Translations under genes and position numbers: made by a program
Shown: positions 53,155-64,000 of the stretch, in pieces
Position numbering within the stretch: position 1 is the first letter of the stretch
Layout of the letters: each line of letters begins with the position of its first letter
Source of the DNA: Octopus sinensis
Lineage: Eukaryota
Direction: 5' to 3'
NCBI RefSeq assembly: GCF_006345805.1
Contig: NC_043013.1
Coordinates: 39,680,001 to 39,744,000, forward strand
Length of the DNA: 64,000 nt
The notes under the pieces: generated by a model
Told to the model about the DNA's origin: nothing
The model's input: the letters and a program-made list of their open reading frames with translations, nothing else
Database searches by the model: none

Positions 53155-53830
53155 TTTCTGCTCTAGGCACAAGGTCCGAAACTTTTGCGGTGGAAGGGGG
53201 TCAGTCGATTGGATTGACCCCAGTATGCAAATGGTACTTAATTTATCGACCCCGAAAGGATGAAAGGCAAAGTCGTCCTCGGCAGAAATTGAACGCAGAA
53301 TGTACAGACAGACGAAATACTGCTAAACATTTCGCCCGGCTGGCTAACGTTTCTTATTTCTTTATTGCCCACAAGGAGCTAAACATAGAGGAGACAAACA
53401 AGGACAGACAAACGAATTAAGTCGATTACATCGACCCCAATGCGTAACTGGTGCTTAATTTATCGACCCCAAAAGGATGTAAGGCAAAGTCGACCTCGGC
53501 GGAAATTGAACTCAGAACGTAACGGCAGACGAAATACTCCTAAGCATTTCGCCCGGCGTGCTAACGTTTCTTCCAGTTCGCGGCCTTCATCCTTGTCATT
53601 ATCATCATTATAATTGGAGTGAACTGGCCAACGGGCAGGATCGTTAGCACATCTGATAAATTGCTTAGAGGCATTTTCCCCCCGATTCTTTAACATCTGA
53701 GTTCAAATTCCACCGAGCTCGACTTTGCATTTCATCCTTTCGGGGTCGATAAAATAATGTAACATTTCAGTACTGCTGTCTATACAATAGACTAGCCCCT
53801 ATTCCCTTTAATTTTGCTGGCCTAGAGCAA
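53155..53830. mobile_element. SINE A cluster: 53155-53354 (-), 53355-53586 (-), 53625-53830 (+)
   Basis: Homology to 18704-18939. Confidence 0.9.
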
Positions 53831-54167
53831 AATTAAAAAGACATATTAGAACGGTCGATAGTTTCAATTAATGGTTAAATTTAGATTCCTGGCGAAGCAA
53901 CATAACTCTATGGTTCAATGTGTTATAAAGGACAACTCTACCTAAGAAAATCTACCAGATCGATTTGAATTTTAAAGGATGAATCATCGTGCAAATAGTA
54001 ATGCGAATTATTTTTGTTTTCGCTATAATTTATGCGATAGTTTTTTTTTTTTTCTTAGTCACTTTGACGCCTAGAAAATAATCGGAACTAAACAGTTTGA
54101 AACTCTAATTAGAAAGTGAATACATACTCAAACACATATTGAAGCGTACACACATATACATATGCAT

Positions 54168-54217
<50 letters not shown>

Positions 54218-54297
54218 TTGGAATATATATTTGCATAAATTCCATCACCGCCCCGGATACACAAATATGTGTGTATGTGTGTGTCTATGTATATATA

Positions 54298-54376
<79 letters not shown>

Positions 54377-54778
54377 TGTATGTGTCTGTGTACGTATATA
54401 TATGTATATATATATACACACATGCATAATACATACATACATGCAGACATACATATATATATATATATATAGCGAGATGGAAATCACTACTAAATAAATC
54501 TTATTAATTGGAGAATTAATTTCGAAAACGTCATGAATGTAAATATAGTGAACAGATTTATCTCGCTTAACACAACAAATATATATGTAAAAAAAGAAGA
54601 AAACAGACGAATAAAACCACACAATCTATGATGACCACATTTGTATTGGCCGAGATAGAGAAGATATTGATCTATGAGAGATGATTTATTAAGCAGCATC
54701 AAAATGCCATACGATTTTCCACAACAGCGACGACGACAATGACGACGACGATGAAGATAATGTCAATGATGATGATTG

Positions 54779-54840
<62 letters not shown>

Positions 54841-55030
54841 CCTTTCTACTAAGGACACATGGTTTGAAATTTGAGAGAGTGTGGGGTGAGTCGATCACAT
54901 CAACCCTAGTACTTGGCTGGTACTTAATTTATTGACGCCGAAAGGAGTTGAAAGGCAAAGTCAATATCACCGGAATTTGAACTCACAACATAAAGATGGA
55001 CGAAATGCCCTTAAGCACTTTGCCCAGCGT
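54841..55030 (-). mobile_element. SINE family A, tail in an (AAT)n array
   Basis: Homology to family A. Confidence 0.8.
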
Positions 55031-55461
55031 GCTAACGATTCTGCCACCTCGACCGGGCGTTGTGAGTGTTTATTGAGCGAAAACACTTAAAGCTCCATGA
55101 ATTTCCGACAGCTTCGCTAATCATAATTTATAGTTATAAAAATAAGTTGGGGTTTTTTTTTTATAAAAATAAGTTGTTTTATATTTTTATAAATATACGT
55201 TGTTTTATCAAAATAAGTTGTTTTTTTTAACTTCTACGCATGACCAAATCAAAAAATTATGATTTCATAACATTGAGTCATGCGTAGCGAAACGGAAGCA
55301 GTCGACTCAGTACATATTGTAATGGATTAAGTAATCGTTTCACGGAAATAGATTTCTGTGCTTTTTCACCTAAATCTTATTTTATATTTACGAGCATGTG
55401 GAATTTCCTTCCGTATATATATATATATATATATATATAAATATATGTATATATGTGTATA

Positions 55462-55509
<48 letters not shown>

Positions 55510-55922
55510 ATATATGCATTACTACTACGGCACTCCGTCGATTACGACGACAAGGGTCCGGGTGATTCAATCAACGGAACAGCCTGCTCGTGAAATTAAC
55601 GTATAAGTGGCTGAGCATTCCACAGACACGTGTACTCTGAACGTAGTTCTCGGGAAGATTCAGCATGACTCAGAATGTGAAACGGTTGGCCTTTTGAAAT
55701 ACAGGTACAACAGAAACAGGAAGAAAGATTTGAGATAAAGTTGTGTTGAAAGAGTACAGCAGGGCTCGCCACCCACCACCCCCGGTCGGAAATTCATGGA
55801 GCTTTAAGTGCTTTCACTCAATAAGTACTCACAACGCCCGGTCTGGGAATCGAAACCGCGATTCGCTGCCTTAACCACTGGCCCATTACGCCTCCATACA
55901 CACACACTTTCTTTCTCACAAG

Positions 55923-55966
<44 letters not shown>

Positions 55967-56184
55967 ATATATATTATATATATTATATAATATCTATATA
56001 TATATAATAATAATAATAAATATTAGGGAATGAATCCAAATTAAGGGAAAAATCAGATTTAGGGTTAAATCCATTTTATAGTAAAATATTATATAATGTA
56101 ATTCGAGACAAAACCACTATTTTAAAACCAAACAAGGAAAGACTTTCAATACATAAAATTTTAATATAATTAAATAAACCGCCA

Positions 56185-56224
56185 CTACAATGTTTCATGT
56201 CTGCTACCGACAATCTTCAGGTGG
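56185..56224 (-). ncRNA. Degenerate minimal hammerhead in a ~260-bp element (56010-56270)
   Basis: Minus: CCAC CTGAAGA T TGTC GGTAGCA GACA T GAAA CA TT GTAG; ACGT to ACAT and GTGG to GTAG would each be single transitions. Confidence 0.55.
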
Positions 56225-56550
56225 ATTTTCGATCTTCTAATCAGTATCAAATTTTTCAAAATTATATATATATATATATATTTATGTTTATGTCACTAAA
56301 GGAACTAAGGGCGATAGCCAGAGCCAACATTGCTAGAAATGAGAGTCAAAACAACTCATAACTACTATAGGGAGTTTGTATCCTTTGTCAGTCAGTAAGA
56401 TTGGGAATATGGTGGGTATGAGTTGTTTTGACCCCTATTACAAGCAATACTGGTGCTGACCAGAACTCTTAGTTGATTTAGTGACGTATATACTTTTGCC
56501 TTTCGGGTTGAAAAATTGCTAACAAGGCAACCTAATTCTACATATATATA

Positions 56551-56774
56551 GTGCATAATTATTGTGGCTCTTTTTCAATAAAAACAATAACAATATCTTT
56601 AAATGACGGTATGACCGTCTGCCAAGCAACTGGGAAGCAGTAATTGAAGTAGATGGTGAATATGCTCCGGAATAACCATTTAAAAATGTTTTTGTTACAT
56701 GTTGTTTATTGTCTTTGTTGAATAAAATTTGTTTGAAAAACAAAAAAACCGCAATAATTATGCACCAACCCAAT
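56551..56774 (+). mobile_element. Mariner-derived miniature element (~225 bp)
   Basis: Partial left TIR gtgcataattattgtgg; right TIR aaaccgcaataattatgcaccaacccaa|TA (Hsmar1-like); internal 56613-56675 encodes DRLPSNWEAVIEVDGEYAPE*. Confidence 0.85.
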
Positions 56775-56787
56775 ATATATAAATATA

Positions 56788-57620
56788 CTAGCAGTATTGC
56801 CCGGCTTGTGCGCTCGTGCGTTCTATGCACGCGCGAATTAAGCTAAACTTGGATGAAGTTCAATCAAAATTCAATTATTTTGGTTTTAAAATCAAGCATT
56901 TAATGCCCTCTATTTTTGCGCTTATGTGTTCCATTTCCTCAATAGGAAGTACATAGAAGCGTTTCATAAATTTTTGTTGATCAAATAATTGCATTGTTGA
57001 ATTATTCTTTTAGATCAGTATTTCTCAACGGGGATTTCAGGGGAGAGTTTCAGGGAGTCGCTGGCGACGTATCGTGATGATAAAAAATCCGGCCTGCTAA
57101 AATTTGGTTAAAGTGATTCAAACTGCAGACTCAACGCAAAATGGTCACATTTAATTCAAAGCGTTAAAAATGTTATGAAAACAATTGGTATGTGTTCACA
57201 AAGTCCAAACGATTAATACGAAAAAACCCTCCAGGCTACATCCCGAAAATTCATTTCTTTGCCGAATTTCTACAATGTTTACGGCGATTCGTTTTTATAT
57301 CTTGATTTTTTATTTTTCATGCAATCTACGCATGCTTGCACGCGTGGTGAACACAGTTCACGTCAAACAGCTGACTGAGTAAAGTTCACTATTCAATGCA
57401 TGGGATAAGGTCTAAACAAACACATTATCGATTTTTGCACTTGCGAGATGAATTTCGGAACAGAAATAGCGCAGTTCAATTTTCATTCGCCTAAACTTTA
57501 AGTGACCCATTTTTGGTGGTTCTACGATTTGTTGGCTAGGAGGAGATGTGCCGGTAAGTTAAACACACACACACATACACACAGATACACACACAGACAC
57601 ACAAGTTGAGTTTTATATAT
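56788..57620 (-). mobile_element. Non-autonomous Helitron-like element
   Basis: Minus 3' end gccgggcaatactgCTAG|T nearly identical to the 20412 end; 5' end atatataaaactcaacttgtgtgtctg merges into (TA)n. Confidence 0.7.
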
Positions 57621-57643
57621 ATATATATATATATAATAATATA

Positions 57644-57733
<90 letters not shown>

Positions 57734-57841
57734 TATATAATATATATATATATATAATATATATATATACATATATATATATATACATACATATATATAT
57801 TATATATATATATATATACATACATATATATATATATTATA

Positions 57842-57873
<32 letters not shown>

Positions 57874-58294
57874 CCCGTCAGACATTCAAAGTAACTTTTA
57901 ATCAAACACTCAACCAGACATCCAAGGTTTGGCCGAACATTTAAATAAGCATTCAGCCAAATACACCGCTACGAATGCAGCCAAACATTGAGATAGACAT
58001 TGAAATCTGCTGCTAAAATATGACAGAACACTGCTGCGTATAATTTAAAAATCAAGAATTTTCGATTAAGAAAGTTATCTCTGTAATAACCATCAGCTCT
58101 TATGATGATAACTGTCATTGTATCTATATATGGATGTGTGTGTGTGTGTATGTGTGTGTGTATGTGTGTGTGTGTGTGTGAATGTGCGGGTTGCATGCGT
58201 GTGTGTATGTGTGTTTGCTTGTTTGTGTGGTTACGCCGTGCATATATACAATTCCTTATGGCCTTGTGGGTAATTCATATATATATATATATAT

Positions 58295-58490
58295 AACGGG
58301 AAGCTTTATGAAAATAAACAAAAGACGAAGGCAGGTGGAAAACAAACGAACAATTGTATTAGTATGGCGCTCAGGAAATATAAATAAAACAAGTCTTTAA
58401 CGTTTCGAGCCTACGCTCTTCAACAGAAAGATACACAGAGAGAGAAAAACACAGAAAGAAGGAGAGAAAAAAAATGCGTGCAGTAGCTAA
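58295..58490 (-). mobile_element. Short Penelope-like element with minimal hammerhead-like motif (58394-58431)
   Basis: Minus: TCTTT CTGTTGAA GAGC GTAG GCTC GAAA CG TT AAAGA; both ends in (TA)n. Confidence 0.7.
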
Positions 58491-58587
58491 TATATATATA
58501 CACATACATACAAATATATATATATATACAATATATATATATATATATATAATATATATATATATTATATACATACATACACATATA

Positions 58588-58682
<95 letters not shown>

Positions 58683-58724
58683 TTGTATGTATGTGTATAT
58701 ATATATTAGCTACTGCACGCATTT

Positions 58725-58758
<34 letters not shown>

Positions 58759-58772
58759 TATAATATATATAT

Positions 58773-58816
<44 letters not shown>

Positions 58817-58833
58817 TATACACATACATACAA

Positions 58834-58865
<32 letters not shown>

Positions 58866-58992
58866 TATATATACACACACACAAATACACAGAGAGCTAA
58901 ATACGTAGATACAAATATACAAATATAGGTAGATACACGTAAATATAAATATATCTATCTCTCTATCTGTCTAAATATGCATCTATCTATCC

Positions 58993-59070
<78 letters not shown>

Positions 59071-59611
59071 CAGGGCTCGCCACCCCCCCTATTATATATT
59101 ATATATATATATATATATAAATAATTGTATATGCAGAGAACATGTATGTATGTATGTATGTATGTATGTATGTATGTATGTATGTATGTATGTATGTATG
59201 AATGTGTGTCTGTGTGTATTCGCAAGTCAAGTGTACATCTGATCGAGGCTAGTTCTGCGGCTCAGAGAGACAAGCCATCAGTAATAGAGAACACTGTTAG
59301 AAGTTAATTGGTTTTATCTTGCAATCAATCAAACAAACATCCGTATGGGAATCTATATATGCGCGAGTGTGCGTATGCACGTATATATATATATGTGTGT
59401 GTGTGTGTGTATGTGTGTGTGTGTGTGAATATGTATATATATATATATATATGCAGGGGCGTATAAATATGCATCTTTGCGTGTATCAGTATGTTTGGTT
59501 TGTGTAAGCGCATTTAGGTAATAGGATGTATATTTCTGTATTTACATATATGTGTGTGTGTATGTGTGTTGCGCGCGTGTGCGTGTGTGCATGTACGTGT
59601 GTGTGCGTGTG

Positions 59612-59650
<39 letters not shown>

Positions 59651-59652
59651 CG

Positions 59653-59890
59653 AGGTGCATCGATTTTTGTTTAGGGTGTTGCACTCGTGATCATAAGTTT
59701 GTGATTTCTATTCCTGGGCTGGGTGGTGCAGTGTGTTCTTGAGCAAAACACTTCATTTCACGTTTGCTCCTGTCCATTCAACTGGCAACGCTGCAACGGA
59801 CCGGCGTCCCATCCGGGTTGAGTGACACATAATCCGGGGAATCGGCCTTATGAGTCTATTGCTCGGAAGGACTTTGATCCTTTTCTTCAC
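59653..59890 (+). mobile_element. SINE family C
   Basis: tgttcttgagcaaaacacttcatttcacg shared with 25755. Confidence 0.7.
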
Positions 59891-59984
59891 ATGTATGTGT
59901 GTGTGTGGGTGTGTGTATACGTATGTGTATAGTAATTTTATATGTATGTACTACGATGAACTACGACAATTGTCGTAACGATAT

Positions 59985-60320
59985 CAAATGTTATATCGGA
60001 ACACTGGAAGGAAAATTTTAAACTAGATATAACAACCATCTTTCGAACATTAGGCAGCATGATAAGAGATGTTCAACAACCTTTTCGGGTTAACTCTGGA
60101 AACTTTAAAGTTGAAGGAATCAATTTTGTCTCAAATAGAACGTCCACTTTAAATTCAGACCCTATATTAACGGGTCTAAAAACGTTCAGTGTGTTCTCGT
60201 GAAAAACTGTATCTATTAAAAAACTTGAGAACCTCCAACAAATACTTAAATTCGAAGAATTTATATTTTATATATGTCAGCATTTCAGGAATTCCATTTT
60301 GCCGGAATTTAAAAGTAAGC
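59985..60320 (+). mobile_element. Penelope GIY-YIG endonuclease remnant
   Basis: CYIGTLEGKF*TRYNNHLSNIR...STTFSG*LWKL...RPYINGSKNVQC. Confidence 0.85.
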
Positions 60321-60490
60321 CACCAGACACTTAGTAAACCATTAACATCTGGTTTACGTCTGCTTGACATTGATTTGTTGTAACGTTGGTCATCGCCCTT
60401 TTGTTTTTCTTCTTGTCTTCATTTTTATCAGCGTCTTTTGTTTAAACATTATCTCCTCAAAAGACAACTGACAAACGGTTTTCTTTTCAG

Positions 60491-60558
60491 CTTGATAAAC
60501 AGTGGAATAAATTGTTATTTCGACCAGGAAAACCTGCGTAGATGTAATTACAAGATTT
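60491..60558 (+). CDS. Candidate 68-bp exon, unassigned (possibly MAM-domain start)
   Basis: Branch-like ctgac, acceptor ttttcttttcag, donor gtgagt; one open frame LINSGINCYFDQENLRRCNYKI. No partner exons found, and it sits next to a PLE remnant. Confidence 0.28.
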
Positions 60559-60632
60559 GTGAGTATTTATTGGAATATTATTTTTACTTTCTTAGCTGAT
60601 CCAGCGCTTTTCTACCACATAATATATATATA

Positions 60633-61105
<473 letters not shown>

Positions 61106-61529
61106 ACAGAACGTATGATACAAAGGTTTAACTGAAATTTTGAAAACAAGGTAAACTTATGCAAACGTTTGGGACAGATACAAGTTTAAATAAACACTCC
61201 AGAGACATTTTATTCTTGAAATCCTCGCCGCTGTTTCAAAGGTTCTCTGCTGCTGTTTTACAACTCGTTGCTGTAAAGAATCTTCTCACTGATTATGATA
61301 AAATACGTAAACATGACATTTACCAAATACTCGCACTGTATCACGCTTAAGTTTTGTTATATCGTATTTCTTCTGCTTTCCACCTAACCCCACCTATGTT
61401 ATGTTATTCATAGCCTTCATACCTTGACCTTTAATAACGCGATTTACAACTTGAGTGATTGTTTCTTTTTCTTGATTTGTTTTTGTGTTTGTTTAGAGTA
61501 ATAATATTATTTTCGTTCAATAACCTGGC

Positions 61530-61860
61530 TTGGTTGTGTCGAAAGAAGCTTGCTTTCCAACCGCATGGTTCCGGGTTCAGTCCTACTGCATGGCTTGTTG
61601 GGGAAGTGTCTGCTATCATATCCTCGGATCGACCAAATCTTTGTTAGTGTATTTGGTTGACAGAAACTGAGAGAAGCCCGTCGTACATATGTGTGTGTGT
61701 GTGTGGGTGTGTGTGTGTCCACGTTTGTGTATGTGATTTTGTTTGTTCCCCATCATCGCTTAACAACCAGTGCTGATTTATTTATGTCCCCGTAACATAG
61801 TGGTTCGGCAAATATGGAATGAGTACCGGGCTTAATAAAAAAAAAGTACTGGTGTCGATT
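61530..61860 (+). mobile_element. SINE family B, diverged
   Basis: Homology to family B. Confidence 0.8.
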
Positions 61861-62315
61861 CCTTGTTTCTATAGGAGAGAGGCGAAGGGATGCGAGACAG
61901 GAAGGGTAATAAAGAATTGTTCATCATTGCACATCAGCAATTTTATTCAACAGAGATACGATATATGCTTACTCAACATGCTGAAAATAACAGCTAAATC
62001 TCTCACAATCCCACGTTATCGTCTTCATTATGGGACAATATAATTCTTCGTATACAAAAGAGTGAAAATGGCGCCATTATATCAAGAACACCTTTCATTA
62101 AAGTTTTGTTCGACTGCGACTGCTCTAGGAATACACAACGGTGACAAAGTTTACTTGGAGCCAACGAAGGATGGTTTCTACCAGGGCATACGACTTGTTA
62201 GACGTTGCAGACAAATTTTCTCTAAATCACACACAAGCACACACACACAGACACACACATGCATGCAAACATACATACATACATACATACATACATACAT
62301 ACATACATACATACA

Positions 62316-62349
<34 letters not shown>

Positions 62350-62352
62350 CAC

Positions 62353-63063
62353 ACAGCATGTCTAGATATATAAATGAATGCATGAGAAGACGTTCATAAA
62401 AACAAATCGTACAAATCTGCACGTATACATACATACATTATTATGGCTGCCCCCTCGTTATCGAGTATGGCCATTGCACGAAGCTTAACTGTTACTGGTG
62501 CTGTGATCGAATGTGACTTTATAGCCCAGCTAAAGATCTACAATGTCTTGTACAAAATTGGCAACTAAAACCTTTACTGGTAATAGCCGGTTGTAGCTGT
62601 AACTGGGCTTCATATAACTTTGCATGTCGTTTAAGTCCTCCTGCCGAATTACACTCTCTTCCACATGCCCGACAGATATGATTAGTATGGTGTGTTACAC
62701 CACCACCAGTGGCCAGGTTGTCACTTATCTGTCTCGTTTTATGACTACGAAGATGACTCATGAGTCCAGCTTTACTGAGGCAGGGTCTTGCCCAGACATT
62801 GCATGTCAGAATCAAAGGAAGACCTTTCCCTTCTGGAAGTGTAACAGCGATGCCCTTCCTGACATCCCTCCTTACTTTCTCATGTGCAACTCGAGATTTC
62901 TCAAAAGTGGTTGTCCCCTCATGCACAGTCCTTCTCCACCTGCTACGATCAATAGCTATGCCATCCTATGTGTCAGGAGAGATGCAAGCATCTCTTAAGG
63001 AAGCCTTCAGCAAGTCCTTATACATATATACGCACATACATAAATACATACATACATACATAC

Positions 63064-63094
<31 letters not shown>

Positions 63095-63518
63095 CATACA
63101 TACATACATACATACATACACACGTGCATACATACAATAAAACCTGTCGATGTTGTGAAAATGCCAATGAAGGATCCTTGAATCTAGGTTATAAACCGGG
63201 TCCATCTCTATTGACAAGAAATCTTGTAATAAAACTGAATAACATACATACATACGTACATACATGTATACATAGATACATACATACATAAATACATACA
63301 TACATAAATACATACATAAACACACATACATACAGCATGTCTAGAAACGCAAGTGTATGGTTAGAAGACATCATAAGACAAAACGTACAAATCTACATGC
63401 ATACATGCATAGAAAAATTCCCTGTTGATATTGAAATGCCAATGAAGGAGTCTTGAATCTAGGTTAGAAATCGACTCTTTCTCTATTGACAATAATTCTT
63501 GAAATAAAACTGAATAAT
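62353..63518 (+). repeat. Two tandem A-B units separated by (CATA)n; first unit split by the RTE
   Basis: A: 62353-62435 and 63332-63410 (acagcatgtctag...cgtacaaatct); B: 63137-63242 and 63411-63518. Confidence 0.8.
62438..63021 (-). mobile_element. RTE-clade LINE 3' end with three C2H2-like zinc fingers
   Basis: YKDLLKASLRDAC...IAIDRSRWRRTVHEG; CNVW..CLSKAGLMSHLRSH, CRAC..CNSAGGLKRH, CQFC..CRSLAGL*SH. Confidence 0.85.
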
Positions 63519-63917
63519 GGCATACATACATACATACATACATACAAACATACATGCATACATACATTTGATGAAATGATGATTGATAAAAGGAATGTTT
63601 AAATTCAAGGAGCATATCGAATCTATTTGTCCGTAGCGAATTTACCATATTGTGGAAGACTGCATCTGGTTTTAGCGAAACATAATATCTAGAATGTACG
63701 GAAGAACTTTGGCAGAAAATTATTCACTCAAGAAAGGTCTTCTTAGCTTTGTATATTCTGCATATCCATGAAGCGGATTCAGAATCATCGTCAAGTATTT
63801 CTTGCAGAAATGGGAAATGGTGAAGAATTTGAGCATTTCCATTTAATCAGCGATAATCTGACTTTTTTCTCCTAGATATTTGTAAACAAGAGAATCCAAT
63901 ATATCATATCATATCAT

Positions 63918-63991
<74 letters not shown>

Positions 63992-64000
63992 TCATGTTGC

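Noticed and set aside
55234-55287. 11-bp hairpin followed by CGAAAC
   Set aside because: No catalytic core 5' of the stem; single occurrence.
57613-59070. Apparent internal patterns in very long (TA)n arrays
   Set aside because: Self-complementary TA arrays are error-prone to sequence and assemble, so fine structure is unreliable without raw reads.

Overview
AT-rich, microsatellite-saturated animal genomic DNA. The repeat landscape looks octopus/cephalopod-like; this is an inference from SINE families and SSR density. The only convincing host coding sequence is one 211-bp internal exon on the minus strand (25071-25281) encoding the start of the C2A domain of a synaptotagmin-15-like protein, so most of the window is probably intronic. 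The rest is mobile DNA: at least three tRNA-derived SINE families, decayed mariner, Helitron, Penelope (GIY-YIG), R4/Dong-like, Tx1/L1-like, RTE and CR1-like fragments, minisatellites and long (TA)n/(CA)n/(GATA)n/(TACA)n arrays. Nearly all ORFs in the supplied track are microsatellite artefacts. The main result of the hunt is a set of about ten short non-coding elements from several unrelated families that carry hammerhead-ribozyme architecture (CUGANGA / GAAA / NUH). Each family has its own palindromic helix III, and most end in (TA)n arrays. At least two are built as fold-backs whose 5' arm is an antisense copy of the ribozyme's 3' half; the best, 7455-7702, has a canonical core and perfect 66-bp arms. 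All structures were read by eye; no folding or database searches were run, and repeat boundaries are approximate unless TIRs or TSDs are quoted.
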